Shown: piece by piece, positions 28,489 through 39,049 of the stretch | Layout of the letters: the number at the start of each line of letters is the position of its first letter | Position numbering within the stretch: position 1 is the first letter of the stretch | Source: an uncultured Thermoleophilia bacterium | GTDB taxonomy: Bacteria > Actinomycetota > Thermoleophilia > UBA2241 | Direction: 5' to 3' | Assembly: GCA_963747935.1 (NCBI GenBank) | Contig: CAVVGY010000005.1 | Coordinates: 197,620 to 261,619, forward strand | Length of the DNA stretch: 64,000 nt | Position numbers and translations under genes: made by a program | The notes under the pieces: generated by a model | What the model saw: only the letters and a program-made list of their open reading frames with translations | What the model was told of the DNA's origin: nothing | Database searches by the model: none

Positions 28489-29892
28489 ATGGGGAGCGGA
28501 GGCACGGGTATCGACCAGCTCGCGGGCACCGTATTGCTGTACGTGCAGACGGCGGCCATCGCCGCGGACGGCGACGGCCGCGTCGGTGTGTTCAATCCTG
28601 CCGCCGCGCGCGTCCTGAGCGTGGAGGTGGACGAAGTCCTCGGCCGCGAACTCGAGGAGCTCACGCGCGGCGACGACGCCGTGGCCGCGCTGGCCGAGGT
28701 GCTGAGCGAGACGCGGCGGACCGGCCTGGCGGTCGCCCGCCGCCAGATGACCGTCAACGGCCGCGACGGCGAGCAGGTGCTCGGCTACAGCGCCTCGCTG
28801 ATCGGCGAGGGTGCGACGGCCGTGTTCTTCGCCGACCTCACGGACGCCCTGGCAGAAGAGCAGCGGGCTGCCGAGGCGCAGCGGTTCGCCGAGGTCGGCC
28901 GCATCGCCAGCGCCATGGCCCACGAGCTGAAGTCGCCGCTGGCCACCGTGGAGCTCTACGCCAACCTGCTCCGCCGGACGCTCCTTGAGGACACCGCCTC
29001 CCTCGAGCGGCTCGACGTGATCAAGGACCAGACGCGCCTCTGCCTCGACCGCATCGGCGCGATCATGCACTCCATCAACCCCGACATCGCCAAGGCCGGC
29101 GGCATGACGCTCACGCCGGTGGGTCCGCTGCTGCGCGACGTGGTCGGCGACCTGCGCCAGCGGCACGAGGACGCCGAGATCTCGCTGCGCGGCGCCGGCG
29201 GCGGCGCGCGCGTGGCTCTGGCGGAGAACGACCTGCGCTCGGTCGTGAGCAACCTCATCGTCAACGCTATCCAGGCGAGCGGCAGAGGGGCACGCGTGAC
29301 CGTGACCGTCAGCGGCGACGAGGACACGCTCACCATCACCATCGCCGACCGAGGTCCCGGGCTGCCCGAGGGCGACGTGTTCGAGGCGTTCTACACGACC
29401 AAGTCCAGCGGCACCGGGCTCGGTCTCTGGCTCGTGCGCCGCCTGGTGGAGGACGCCGGCGGCAGCATCAGCTCCGGCGCCCGCAAGGGAGGCGGCGCCG
29501 TGTTCACCGTGCGCCTGCCGCTCCCGCGCCGCGAGCGCGTGCGCGGCGCGCGGATCCTCGTCGTCGAGGACGAAGCGCCGCTGCGGGACTTCACGGCCGA
29601 GGTGCTGGAGGGTGGCGGCGCGCGCGTGACGGCGGCCGCTTCGGGGAATGACGTGCAACTGGCCTCGGAGCGTTGGGACTGCGCCGTGCTCGACTACCAC
29701 CTGCCGGGCATGACCGGGGTGGAGATCGCGACGCGTTTGGCACCCGGCACGCCCGTGCTCCTCGTGAGCAGCGATCCGGCCGCTGGAGCGGCTCTGGCCG
29801 AGGTGCGCGACAGGCGCGCGTGGTACCGGCCCAAACCTGTAGAGGCCGAGCTGTACCTCGACCTCGTCTCACTCCTGTTGGGGGCGACATGA
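28489..29892 (+). CDS. Cytoplasmic hybrid sensor histidine kinase (PAS-HisKA-HATPase-REC)
   Basis: H-box SAMAHELKSPL, N/G boxes NLIVNAIQAS, DRGPGL, GTGLGLW. C-terminal receiver ILVVEDE...LDYHLPGMTG. Confidence 0.85.
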   Translation: MGSGGTGIDQLAGTVLLYVQTAAIAADGDGRVGVFNPAAARVLSVEVDEVLGRELEELTRGDDAVAALAEVLSETRRTGLAVARRQMTVNGRDGEQVLGYSASLIGEGATAVFFADLTDALAEEQRAAEAQRFAEVGRIASAMAHELKSPLATVELYANLLRRTLLEDTASLERLDVIKDQTRLCLDRIGAIMHSINPDIAKAGGMTLTPVGPLLRDVVGDLRQRHEDAEISLRGAGGGARVALAENDLRSVVSNLIVNAIQASGRGARVTVTVSGDEDTLTITIADRGPGLPEGDVFEAFYTTKSSGTGLGLWLVRRLVEDAGGSISSGARKGGGAVFTVRLPLPRRERVRGARILVVEDEAPLRDFTAEVLEGGGARVTAAASGNDVQLASERWDCAVLDYHLPGMTGVEIATRLAPGTPVLLVSSDPAAGAALAEVRDRRAWYRPKPVEAELYLDLVSLLLGAT

Positions 29893-30551
29893 GAGATAAG
29901 GGAAGAGTGATCATCGCCGATGACCACGGACTGTTCCGCCAGGGGCTGCGGCAGCTCCTCGAGCATGAGGGCTACGTCGTGGAAGCGGAGGCGACCAGCG
30001 GCGACGAGGCACTGACGGCCGTCGCCGAGCACCAGGGCTGCGTGCTGCTGCTCGACATCGCCATGCCCGGCATGAACGGTCTCGAGGTGGCGCGGCGCCT
30101 CAACGAGCGCGGCGATGACGTCAAGGTGGTCATGCTCAGCGCGCGCGAGGACCGCGACGCGCTGTTCAGCGCCATCTCCGCCGGCGCGCGCGGCTACGTG
30201 GCCAAGGACGCCGAGCCCGACCAGCTCTTCGCCGCCATCGACCTCGTCGTGCGCGGAGGTACCGTGCTCAGCACCGGTGTGGCCCGGAACCTCGGCGAGG
30301 GCATCCGCCAGCTCGACTACGCCCCCGGCGCGTACGAGCAGCGCCGTCTCGCGCTCACCGACAGGGAGCTCGAGATCCTGCGCCTGCTCGCCACGCCCAA
30401 GACACCGGCGCAGATGGCCTCGCAGTTGTTCCTGAGCAAGAAGACGGTGCAGAACCACATCTCCGCGATCTATCGCAAGCTCGACGTGCGCAGCCGCTCG
30501 GAGGCCATCGTCAAGGGCATGGAGCTGCACCTCATCGACAACAAGGGCTAG
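29889..30551 (+). CDS. NarL/LuxR-family response regulator
   Basis: ATG overlaps the kinase stop (ATGA). VIIADDH...LLLDIAMPGMNG plus LTDRELEILRLLA...KTVQNHISAIYRKL. Stop is TAG. Confidence 0.9.
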   Translation: MRDKGRVIIADDHGLFRQGLRQLLEHEGYVVEAEATSGDEALTAVAEHQGCVLLLDIAMPGMNGLEVARRLNERGDDVKVVMLSAREDRDALFSAISAGARGYVAKDAEPDQLFAAIDLVVRGGTVLSTGVARNLGEGIRQLDYAPGAYEQRRLALTDRELEILRLLATPKTPAQMASQLFLSKKTVQNHISAIYRKLDVRSRSEAIVKGMELHLIDNKG

Positions 30552-30561
30552 CGCCGGACGC

Positions 30562-30585
30562 GCGGGCCCCGCTTCGGGGGCCCGC
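30562..30585 (+). terminator. GC hairpin after the response regulator
   Basis: GCGGGCCCC-loop-GGGGCCCGC. Confidence 0.45.
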
Positions 30586-31107
30586 CGCGCAGCCGCCTGC
30601 TCACACCTTCCGCCTGCTCCGCGCACGCATTCATGCACGGCCTCGTCGTGGTCGTGCTCATCGCATGGGCTTCGCATTGCTGCGCCGGCGCCGGGCCTGA
30701 GCTTGTTCGGCGCGGCGCCGCCGAAGGCGCCGCAGCTGCGGTCCCTCGCGATTCGGGAGCCAGTACCTATCGCGGTGGGGAAGACGTACGACGATGCTGT
30801 CAGGGAAGGAAGAGATCCCGCCGGATCGCGCGAAGATGCATCGGGGAGCGCGTAGAGCTCCCGACCAGGTCCGGCGAGATCTCCCCAATCTCCGACAGGG
30901 AGGCGCTTCCGGTCACGTCCCACACGCTCATTGCCTTGCCTGGCCTCCAAGGGGCGGGCGGAGAGTCTGCCAGGACCTCCGTCCGCCCCGGCCACGTACG
31001 GGGAGCGGAGCGTGTGGACACCGGGCGACGCTGCGGTGCGAGGACCCGGGGGCCTCTGGGGCGCAGTCACCGGACTGTCCGCCCGCTGAACGGGCACCAC
31101 CAGAACC

Positions 31108-31611
31108 ATGGACGAGGTGCAGATCGGTGAGGCGTTCATCGGCGACGGCGCCGACGCGGCGCACGTCAATACGGTGCTGGGACGGCGCGACGGACCCGTA
31201 GGGACGGCGTGGGCCACGGCGCTGGCGACGCCCCGCGCCGGCCACGTCCCGTTCGTGGCGGTGGTGCGGCCAGGGCTCGCCGTCCAGCCCATGACCCTGT
31301 TCGTCAACAAGGCGGCCATCGAGCCCGGCAGGCACGGGGACCTCACGTGGGGCGCGGCCCAGGCCGGCGTCGCCGCTGGAGTGGCGGATGCGGTGGCGGA
31401 GGGCGTCGTCCCGCAGGGTGAGGTCGCGGAGTTGGCGCTGATCGCCGCGGTGTGGGTGAACCCGGCGGCGCAGGACGAGGACGCCGTGTTCGCCAACAAC
31501 CGCGAGGCGGCTCTGACCGCCCTGCGCAACGGACGGGAGAGCGCGCCGCCCGTGGAGGACGTGCTGGCGGCGCGCGACGACCCGTGGAACCCCTTCTTCA
31601 GGGCGCGCTGA
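31108..31611 (+). CDS. fae: Formaldehyde-activating enzyme (Fae) homolog
   Basis: MDEVQIGEAFIGDGADAAHVNTVLG...FVNK...AQAGVAAGVADAVAEGVVP is collinear with Fae of methylotrophs ([20 protein letters not shown]..., recalled from memory). Confidence 0.8.
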   Translation: MDEVQIGEAFIGDGADAAHVNTVLGRRDGPVGTAWATALATPRAGHVPFVAVVRPGLAVQPMTLFVNKAAIEPGRHGDLTWGAAQAGVAAGVADAVAEGVVPQGEVAELALIAAVWVNPAAQDEDAVFANNREAALTALRNGRESAPPVEDVLAARDDPWNPFFRAR

Positions 31612-31650
31612 CCGTGGCGACGGAGCGCGACGGGCGCAGGCAGCGGTGAC

Positions 31651-32691
31651 GTGATGGACGAGGCGACCCCCTTGCGAGTGGCGTTCGTCGGGCTGGGCCA
31701 TATGGGCGGCCCGATGAGCCGGCGCCTGGCCGAGTCGGGCCTCGATCTGACCGTGTTCGACCTGGATCCGGCGCGCGCCGCGCCCGCGCTCGCGCACGGC
31801 GCGCGTCTCGCCACGTCCGCCGCTGAGGCGGCGTCCGGAGCGGACGTGCTGGTCACCATGCTGCCCACGCCGGCGGCCGTCCAGGAGGTCATGCTCGGCG
31901 CCGGGGACGTGCTGCGGGCGCTCCCCGACGGCGCGCTCTGGATCGACATGTCCACGTCTTCGCCCGAGGTCGCCGAGCGCGTGCACGCCCGAGGAGCCGG
32001 GCGCGGCATCAGAGTGGTGGACGCGCCGGTGGCCGGCATGGCCGCCGGCGCGGAAGCCGGCACGCTCGAGATCTTCGCCGGCGGTGACGGCGCCGACGTG
32101 GAGCGCGCGCGTCCTCTCCTCGCCCGTCTGGGCGACCCGGAGCGCATCTTCCACGTCGGCGGACGCGGCGCCGGTTACGTGGTCAAGCTCATGCTCAACC
32201 TGCTCTGGTTCGACCAACTGGTGGCGATCGCCGAGGTGCTCACCATCGGCACGCGCGCCGGCGTGGACCTCGGCGTGCTGCACACGGCGCTGGCGGAGGG
32301 GCCGACGCGGAGCCGTCTGCTGGCGCGGGACCTGCTGCCGTTGCTCACGCGCGGCGACTACGAGGAGAACTTCTCGCTGGCGCTGGCCACCAAGGACCTG
32401 CGGCTGGCCGTGGACCTCGCGCGCTCGGCCGGCGTGCCGGCCGAGCTCAGCGCCGTCGTCGAGCAGGTGTTCACGCGCGCCCGCGCGCTGTTCGGTGACG
32501 ACGCGGGCGAGATGACGCCGGTGCGCCTCTACGAGCAGACCGCCGGCGTTGCGTTGCGGCTGACGGAGCCGGCCGTGGATGCCGCGAGCCGTCTGCCGGA
32601 GCGGGACGGAAGGGCCGCGAGCCGCTCGGCGGAGCGGGACGCTGCGGCCCCCAGCCGGCCGCCGGCGACCGAGGAGAAGCGAGCGGCGTGA
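31651..32691 (+). CDS. NAD(P)-dependent beta-hydroxyacid dehydrogenase (3-hydroxyisobutyrate dehydrogenase family)
   Basis: VAFVGLGHMGGPM Rossmann motif, DAPV.G, and the KD..LA catalytic Lys region (LALATKDLRLA). Confidence 0.8.
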   Translation: MMDEATPLRVAFVGLGHMGGPMSRRLAESGLDLTVFDLDPARAAPALAHGARLATSAAEAASGADVLVTMLPTPAAVQEVMLGAGDVLRALPDGALWIDMSTSSPEVAERVHARGAGRGIRVVDAPVAGMAAGAEAGTLEIFAGGDGADVERARPLLARLGDPERIFHVGGRGAGYVVKLMLNLLWFDQLVAIAEVLTIGTRAGVDLGVLHTALAEGPTRSRLLARDLLPLLTRGDYEENFSLALATKDLRLAVDLARSAGVPAELSAVVEQVFTRARALFGDDAGEMTPVRLYEQTAGVALRLTEPAVDAASRLPERDGRAASRSAERDAAAPSRPPATEEKRAA

Positions 32692-32743
32692 CGCCGCGTC
32701 GGCGCCGCCCGCCGGTCTCCTGCCTCGCGGGTACGCGGGCGCG

Positions 32744-32772
32744 TTGATTCTCCGCGAGGCCGCTGGTAGAGT
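32744..32772 (+). promoter_or_regulatory. Candidate promoter TTGATT-N17-TAGAGT for guaB3-like/guaA
   Basis: Hexamers at 32744-32749 and 32767-32772. Confidence 0.4.
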
Positions 32773-32821
32773 CGGTCCACGTTGCCACCGCAGACAGCAA
32801 GAGACACCACACAGAGCTCAG

Positions 32822-32856
32822 AGACCCAGGGACGTCCGTGCCCGGGTCTTTTGTTT
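32822..32856 (+). terminator. Leader hairpin with U-tract upstream of guaB3-like gene
   Basis: AGACCCAGGGAC-GTCC-GTGCCCGGGTCT followed by TTTTGTTT, 33 nt before ATG 32889. Confidence 0.5.
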
Positions 32857-32888
32857 ATCTCGCATCGCGCCCCTGTGAGGAGGACGGC

Positions 32889-34046
32889 ATGGAAGTAGAG
32901 ATCGGCCGCGGCAAGAAGGGCCGCCGGGCGTATGGCTTCGACGACATCGCGATCGTGCCCAGCCGGCGGACCCGCGACGCCGAAGACGTGGACATCACCT
33001 GGAAGCTCGGCTCGCACACGCTCGAGCTGCCGTGCCTCGCCTCCGCCATGGACGGCGTGGTCGACCCCGGCTTCGCCGTCACCATGGGCAAGCTCGGCGG
33101 CCTCGCCGTGCTCAACCTCGAGGGCGTGCAGACGCGCTACGAGAACGCCGACGAGCAGCTCGACCGCATCGCGTCGCTGCCCAACGACACGGCGACGCGC
33201 ACCATGCAGGAGATCTACAAGGAGCCCATCAAGCCCGAGCTGGTCGCCAGGCGCATCAAGGAGATCAAGGACGGCGGCGTGCTGGCGGCAGCCTCCCTCA
33301 CGCCGCAGCGCGTGGAGGACTACTACCAGATCGCCCTCGACGCCGGCCTCGACGTGCTCATCATCCAGGGCACCGTCGTGTCGGCCGAGCACGTGAGCAC
33401 CAGGGTCGAGCCGCTCGACCTCAAGAAGTTCATCTCGGGCTGCGAGGTGCCGGTGATCGTGGGCGGCGTGGCCAGCTACGCCACCACGCTGCACCTCATG
33501 CGCACCGGCGCCGTCGGCGTGCTCGTCGGCGTCGGCCCGGGTCACGCCTGCACCACGCGCGGCGTGCTCGGCATCGGCGTCCCGCAGGCGACGGCCATCG
33601 CCGACGCCGCGGCGGCGCGCGTGCAGCACGTGCTCGAGACGGGCCAGTACTGCAACGTCATCGCCGACGGCGGCATGCGCACCGGCGGCGACGTGAGCAA
33701 GGCCATCGCCCTCGGCGCCGACGCCGTCATGATCGGCTCGCCGCTGGCGACCGCCAGCGAGGCGCCCGGCCGCGGCTACCACTGGGGCATGGCGACGTTC
33801 CATCCGGAGCTGCCGCGCGGCACGCGCGTCAAGGCCGGCACCAAGGGCACCCTCGAGGAGATCCTTCTTGGCCCCGCGCACGAGAACGACGGCACGCGCA
33901 ACCTGTTCGGCGCCCTGCGCACGAGCATGGCCACGTGCGGTTACGAGACGTTGAGCTCGTTCCAGAAGGCCGAGGTCATGGTCGCCCCGGCGCTCATGAC
34001 GGAGGGCAAGAAGCTGCAGAAGGAACAAGACGTAGGCATGGGATAA
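32889..34046 (+). CDS. GuaB3-type IMP dehydrogenase-related protein
   Basis: ATG 32889 after [25 protein letters not shown]...AMDGVV...VGVGPG..CTTR...GVPQATAI..., no CBS insert. Confidence 0.85.
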   Translation: MEVEIGRGKKGRRAYGFDDIAIVPSRRTRDAEDVDITWKLGSHTLELPCLASAMDGVVDPGFAVTMGKLGGLAVLNLEGVQTRYENADEQLDRIASLPNDTATRTMQEIYKEPIKPELVARRIKEIKDGGVLAAASLTPQRVEDYYQIALDAGLDVLIIQGTVVSAEHVSTRVEPLDLKKFISGCEVPVIVGGVASYATTLHLMRTGAVGVLVGVGPGHACTTRGVLGIGVPQATAIADAAAARVQHVLETGQYCNVIADGGMRTGGDVSKAIALGADAVMIGSPLATASEAPGRGYHWGMATFHPELPRGTRVKAGTKGTLEEILLGPAHENDGTRNLFGALRTSMATCGYETLSSFQKAEVMVAPALMTEGKKLQKEQDVGMG

Positions 34047-34055
34047 GGAGGCGCA

Positions 34056-35612
34056 GTGGCACAGGGTCCGGCACAGGTCAAAGGGTTCGACACCGTCCTG
34101 GTCCTCGACTACGGGGCCCAGTACGGGCAGCTCATCGCGCGCCGCGTGCGCGAGTGCAGGGTCTATAGCGAACTGATCCCGCACGACGCGTCCATCGAGC
34201 GCATCAAGAGCTACGACCCCAAGGGCATCATCCTGTCCGGCGGCCCCGCCAGCGTCTACGTCGACGACGCGCCCAAGGTCAATCCCGAGCTGTTCGAGCT
34301 CGGCGTGCCCGTGCTCGGCATCTGCTACGGCGCCCAGGGCATCGCCCTGGAGCTCGGCGGCACCGTCTCACGCACCGACCTCAGCGAGTTCGGCAAGACC
34401 ACGCTCAGCGTGCACAAGAAGGGTCTCGTGCTCGAGAGCATGCGGCCTGAGGAGCAGTGCTGGATGAGCCACCGCGACAGCATCACGGCGGCGCCGCCCG
34501 GCTTCGATGTGCTCGCCTCCACCCCCGGCGCTCCCGTGGCCGCCATGGAAGACCGGGAGCGCGGCTTCTACGCCGTGCAGTTCCACCCCGAGGTGGTGCA
34601 CACGCCCAAGGGCATGGACGTGCTCCGCAGCTTCCTCTACAAGGCCTGCGGTTGCGAGCCCTCGTTCACGCCCGAGGCCGTCGTCGAGGAGTCCATCCGC
34701 AAGATCCGCGAGCAGGTCGGCGATTCCAAGGCGATCCTCGGCCTCTCCGGCGGCGTCGACTCGTCCGTGGCCGCGCTGCTCATGCACCGGGCCATCGGCG
34801 ACCGTCTCACCTGCGTCTTCGTCGACCAGGGCATGATGCGCATGCGCGAGGCCGACCGTGTGGTCGAGACGTTCTCGGGCACCTTCGGCATCCCGCTGGT
34901 CTCGGTCGACGCCAGCGACCGGTTCCTGGACAAGCTGGCCGGCGTCACCGAGCCGGAGCGCAAGCGCAAGATCATCGGCGAGGAGTTCATCCGTTGCTTC
35001 GAGGAGGAGGCGCGCAAGCTCACCGACGCCAAGTTCCTCGTGCAGGGCACCCTGTACAGCGACGTGATCGAGAGCGGCACGCGGCAGGCCGCCAAGATCA
35101 AGAGCCATCACAACGTCGGCGGCCTGCCTGAGAAGATGGACTTCGAGCTGGTCGAGCCGCTGCGCTGGCTGTTCAAGGACGAGGTCCGCGCCGTGGGCGA
35201 GGAGCTGGGGCTGCCGGAGCACATCGTGTGGCGGCAGCCGTTCCCGGGTCCCGGCCTGGCCATCCGCATCATCGGCGAGATCACCCGCGAGCGCGTGGAC
35301 GTGCTGCAGCGCGCCGACGCGATCGTGCAGGAGGAGATCCGTAAGGCCGGGCTCTACCGCGAGCTGTGGCAGTGCTTCGCCATCCTGCCCGTGATCCGCA
35401 GCGTCGGCGTGCAGGGGGACGAGCGCACCTACGGGTATCCCATCGCCATCAGGGCCGTCACCAGCGACGACGCCATGACGGCCGACTGGGCGCGGCTCCC
35501 CTACGACCTGCTGGAGACGCTGGCCTCGCGCATCATCAACGAGGTGCCCGAGGTCAACCGCGTCGTCTACGACGTCTCGAGCAAGCCGCCCAGCACCATC
35601 GAGTGGGAGTGA
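34056..35612 (+). CDS. guaA: GMP synthase (glutamine-hydrolysing)
   Basis: [30 protein letters not shown]-terminal ..PPSTIEWE. Confidence 0.95.
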   Translation: MAQGPAQVKGFDTVLVLDYGAQYGQLIARRVRECRVYSELIPHDASIERIKSYDPKGIILSGGPASVYVDDAPKVNPELFELGVPVLGICYGAQGIALELGGTVSRTDLSEFGKTTLSVHKKGLVLESMRPEEQCWMSHRDSITAAPPGFDVLASTPGAPVAAMEDRERGFYAVQFHPEVVHTPKGMDVLRSFLYKACGCEPSFTPEAVVEESIRKIREQVGDSKAILGLSGGVDSSVAALLMHRAIGDRLTCVFVDQGMMRMREADRVVETFSGTFGIPLVSVDASDRFLDKLAGVTEPERKRKIIGEEFIRCFEEEARKLTDAKFLVQGTLYSDVIESGTRQAAKIKSHHNVGGLPEKMDFELVEPLRWLFKDEVRAVGEELGLPEHIVWRQPFPGPGLAIRIIGEITRERVDVLQRADAIVQEEIRKAGLYRELWQCFAILPVIRSVGVQGDERTYGYPIAIRAVTSDDAMTADWARLPYDLLETLASRIINEVPEVNRVVYDVSSKPPSTIEWE

Positions 35613-35774
35613 TACTCGTAGGCGCGCCGCGCTAGCGGCCGCCGTAGGGTGGTCATCGTCGGGTCTCACCACCAGGGTCGAGCCCCCTCTCCTGTTCCGT
35701 CGACCCTCCCGTCGTTACACGACCCCGCATGCGGGAACGTGCTGAGGTACTGCGGCAACACGACGGAGGATCCC

Positions 35775-37028
35775 GTGGAGCACATCGACGTGGCGATCGT
35801 GGGCGCCGGACAAGCCGGCCTCGCGGTCAGTCACGAGCTGACCGAGGCCGGCATCGACCACCTGGTGCTCGAGCACGGCCGGATCGGCGAGACGTGGCGC
35901 CGGCGCTGGGAGAGCTTCTGCCTCGTCACCCCCAACTGGAGCGTTCGGCTGCCCGGGTTCGCCTACGACGGTGACCAGCCGGACGGCTTCATGTCGCGCG
36001 ACGAGGTGGTCGGCTATCTCGAGCGCTACGCCGCCTCATTTGGCGCCCCCGTGCGCGCCGGAGTGCGCGTGGAGGCGGTGCGCGACAACGGCGCCGCCGG
36101 GTTCGTCCTGTTCACGAGCAGCGGGGCGCTCCACGCGGGCGCGCTGGTGCTCGCGAGCGGCGCGTACCAGCGCGAGCACCGTATCCCCGGCGCGCTCGGC
36201 CTGCCGCCCGACGTGCCCCGGTTCGGGCTCGCCGACTACCGCGACCCCGGCTCCCTGCCCGACGGTGAGGTCCTGGTCATCGGCAGCGGCCAGTCGGGTG
36301 CGCAGATCGCCGAGGAGCTCCGCAGGGCGGGGAGGGAGGTCACGCTGTCCTGCGGGCGCGCTCCCTGGGCGCCCCGCCGGTGGGCCGGCCACGACGTCGT
36401 CTGGTGGCTGGCCGAGTCGGGCTTCATGGACGCTCCGGCGAGCGCGCTGCCCACGCCGGCCGCCCGGCTGATCTCCAATCCGCTCGTCACCGGGCACGAC
36501 GGCGGGCGCGACCTCAACCTCCGCACGCTGCACGCTCAAGGCGTGCGGCTCACCGGGCGCTTTCTGGGCGCCGACGGGCGCGAGGCCCGCTTCGCTCCCG
36601 ACCTCGCGGAGAGTGTCGCGTGGGGTGACGCCCGCTACAAGGAACTGATGGACCTCTTCGGCAAGACTGCCGCCGCCCGCGGCGTCGCGGCGGACCCTCC
36701 GCCCGAGCCCGAGCCGCTCGCCCCGGACGCTCCCGAGCGCCTGGACCTCTCCCGGATCGGCTCCGTCCTCTTCACCGGCGGCTACCGTCCCGACTACCGC
36801 GCCTGGCTCCCCTGGCACATGGCGTTCGACGACCTCGGCTTCCCGCTGCACGACGAAGGGGAGAGCGTCGTGGTCCCCGGCCTGTTCTTCGTCGGCGTCC
36901 ACTTCCTGCGCAGGCGCAAGTCGGCGCTGCTGCTGGGGGTGGGAGAGGACGCGGCCGTGGTCGCGAGCCGCGTCGCCGCGCGCGCCGGCCGGCGGGATGT
37001 CCCGAAGGATGTGCCCCTGGCGAGCTGA
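35775..37028 (+). CDS. FAD/NAD(P)-binding flavin monooxygenase-like oxidoreductase
   Basis: GTG 35775 after GGAGGA. Two dinucleotide motifs, VAIVGAGQAG and VLVIGSGQSG. Confidence 0.75.
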   Translation: MEHIDVAIVGAGQAGLAVSHELTEAGIDHLVLEHGRIGETWRRRWESFCLVTPNWSVRLPGFAYDGDQPDGFMSRDEVVGYLERYAASFGAPVRAGVRVEAVRDNGAAGFVLFTSSGALHAGALVLASGAYQREHRIPGALGLPPDVPRFGLADYRDPGSLPDGEVLVIGSGQSGAQIAEELRRAGREVTLSCGRAPWAPRRWAGHDVVWWLAESGFMDAPASALPTPAARLISNPLVTGHDGGRDLNLRTLHAQGVRLTGRFLGADGREARFAPDLAESVAWGDARYKELMDLFGKTAAARGVAADPPPEPEPLAPDAPERLDLSRIGSVLFTGGYRPDYRAWLPWHMAFDDLGFPLHDEGESVVVPGLFFVGVHFLRRRKSALLLGVGEDAAVVASRVAARAGRRDVPKDVPLAS

Positions 37029-37070
37029 CCGGTGGCGAACCGGGCAGCGTCGTCCCGCGTCCCGGGTATC

Positions 37071-37811
37071 ATGAAGTCAGTGATGTTGCCGCGCCGTGCC
37101 TTGATCTTCCTGTTCGTCGCCTGGACGCTCGTGATGCTCTATCCCGACCCCGGGATGCTCGTGCGCAGCGTGCGCAACACGCTGCAGCCGCAGATCCAGC
37201 CGCAGGCGGTGGCGGCCATCGCCGCCCGGCTCCCCAACGACCCCAAGGCGATCGAGGCCTACGTCCTCGACAGGCAGGTGCCCTACGCCTACGACTGGCA
37301 GACCGCCGGCGTGCCCTGGTACTTCCCGACCACGGCCGAGGCCGTCAAGGCCGGCGCCGGGGACTGCGAGAGCAGGGCCGTCGTGCTGGCCGCCATCCTC
37401 ACCGCCAAGGGCATCCCCAACCACCTCTACATGTCGCTCGACCACATCTGGGTCGCCTACCCGGGCAAGCAGACCAACGCGCTCGAGAATCCCGCCGTGC
37501 AGATCGCCGGCCGCAAGAACGGGGAGTGGTACTTCCACCTGCCGCGGTTCTTCAACCTCGGCCAGGAGTGGGACACGCAGGTGGGCCAGTACGTCACGCC
37601 GGCGCCGCTGGTGCGCGTGATCCTCCTGCTGGCAGGGCTCTCGCTCATCGCCCTCTGGAACACGCTGGCGCGGCGGCTGGGCGCCGGCCGGCTGGCCGCC
37701 GACGGGCTGCTGCCCGTGGAGCGGCCCCGGAGCCGGCGCTGGTTCCGCCGCCGTCCGGCGCCGACGCCGGCGCACCGCCGGTCCGGGCTCCCTCACCCGC
37801 AGCGCGCCTGA
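37071..37811 (+). CDS. Membrane-anchored transglutaminase-like protein
   Basis: ATG 37071. N- and C-terminal TM helices. GAGDCESRAVVLAAIL is a transglutaminase-core-like Cys motif. Confidence 0.6.
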   Translation: MKSVMLPRRALIFLFVAWTLVMLYPDPGMLVRSVRNTLQPQIQPQAVAAIAARLPNDPKAIEAYVLDRQVPYAYDWQTAGVPWYFPTTAEAVKAGAGDCESRAVVLAAILTAKGIPNHLYMSLDHIWVAYPGKQTNALENPAVQIAGRKNGEWYFHLPRFFNLGQEWDTQVGQYVTPAPLVRVILLLAGLSLIALWNTLARRLGAGRLAADGLLPVERPRSRRWFRRRPAPTPAHRRSGLPHPQRA

Positions 37812-37905
37812 GCGGCGGGGCCTTCCGCGCCATCACCCGGTTCCGCTCCCGTACCCGCCTGCGATACCCTCGTCCGGCACCTGCCCGTCCCGCCAAGGAG
37901 GCCTC

Positions 37906-38946
37906 ATGAAGACCGTCGACCTGCGCAGCGACACCGTCACGCGGCCTTCTCCCGAGATGCGGGCGGCGATGGCGGGGGCCGAGGTCGGCGACGACGTGCT
38001 GGGCGATGACCCCACCGTACTCGAGTTGCAGCGGTACGCCGCCGAGCTGCTGGGCAAGGACGAGGCGCTCTACTTCCCGTCGGGCACCCAGTGCAACCAG
38101 GCGGCGGTGCGCGCGCTCACGCGGCGCGGCGACGAGGTGTTCCTGCACGCGCAGGCGCACATCATCTTCTACGAGCAAGGCGCCGCATCCGCCCTCAGCC
38201 AGGTGCAGTTGCGGGTGTTCGACTCGCCGGACGGCACGCTGGATCTCGAGAAGATGGAGGAGTACCGCCACACGGACGCGGACGTGCACTGGGCGCCGAC
38301 GCGGCTGGTGTGCCTGGAGCAGACGCACAACCACTGCGGCGGCGTCGTCGTGCCTCTGGAGCACATCCTGGCCGTGCGCGAGTTCTGCGACCGGCACGGC
38401 CTCAAGATGCACCTCGACGGCGCCCGGCTGTTCAACGCCGTCGCGGCCACCGGTGTGAGCGCCGCCGAGTACGCGGCGCCGTTCGACACCGTCAGCGTGT
38501 GCCTCTCCAAGGGCCTCGGCGCCCCCGTCGGGTCGGTGCTGGTCATGGACGCCGAGACGCTGCCGGCGGCGGCGCGCGCCCGCAAGGTGCTCGGAGGCGG
38601 CATGCGGCAGGCCGGCATCATCGCCGCCGGCGGCCTCTACGCGCTGCGCAACAACGTGGCGCGCCTCGCCGACGACCACCGGCGGGCGAGGCGCCTGGCC
38701 CAGGAGCTGGCCGCCGTGCCCGGCCTGGACGTCGACCTGGGCACGGTGCAGACCAACATGGTGTTCGCCGGCACCCGGGGGACGGGGGTGCCGGCCGCCG
38801 AGCTCGTCGAGCGCCTGGCCGCGCGGGGCGTGCTGTGCCTCGACGAGGCGCCTTGGAGCGTGCGCTTCGTCACGCACCTGGACGTGGACGACGAGGGCGT
38901 GGAGCAGGCGATCGCCGTGGTGCGCGAGGTCCTCGCCGCGACCTGA
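37906..38946 (+). CDS. ltaE: Low-specificity L-threonine aldolase
   Basis: DLRSDTVT.P...[12 protein letters not shown]...FPSGTQCNQ...HLDGARL.NA...[14 protein letters not shown]. Confidence 0.85.
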   Translation: MKTVDLRSDTVTRPSPEMRAAMAGAEVGDDVLGDDPTVLELQRYAAELLGKDEALYFPSGTQCNQAAVRALTRRGDEVFLHAQAHIIFYEQGAASALSQVQLRVFDSPDGTLDLEKMEEYRHTDADVHWAPTRLVCLEQTHNHCGGVVVPLEHILAVREFCDRHGLKMHLDGARLFNAVAATGVSAAEYAAPFDTVSVCLSKGLGAPVGSVLVMDAETLPAAARARKVLGGGMRQAGIIAAGGLYALRNNVARLADDHRRARRLAQELAAVPGLDVDLGTVQTNMVFAGTRGTGVPAAELVERLAARGVLCLDEAPWSVRFVTHLDVDDEGVEQAIAVVREVLAAT

Positions 38947-39020
38947 GGCTGCCTCCCGAAGATCCTGAGGCCCTACTCTTGGCGGGCGCGGCCTTCCGAG
39001 GTAGTCTACGGCGGCTTATG

Positions 39021-39034
39021 CCACCCGGGTGGAT
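39021..39034. promoter_or_regulatory. Operator palindrome CCACC-CG-GGTGGAT, site 1 (tetR promoter)
   Basis: Lies 14 nt downstream of a TTGGCG-N17-TAGTCT promoter (38979-39007) and 16 nt upstream of GTG 39050. Confidence 0.65.
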
Positions 39035-39049
39035 AGGAAGAGGGCGACC

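Noticed and set aside
30658-31021. Small minus-strand gene in the gap before fae
   Set aside because: Two overlapping frames could be joined by removing one base, but the product matches no family I recognise and has no clear RBS. This is not enough evidence to call it.
31000-31107. ZTP (pfl) riboswitch in front of fae
   Set aside because: GGACACCGGGCGAC and a downstream CCGCCCGCUGAACGGGCA vaguely resemble the pfl motif. However, the conserved GGGUCGUGAC and CCGCCUGGGC blocks are not matched.
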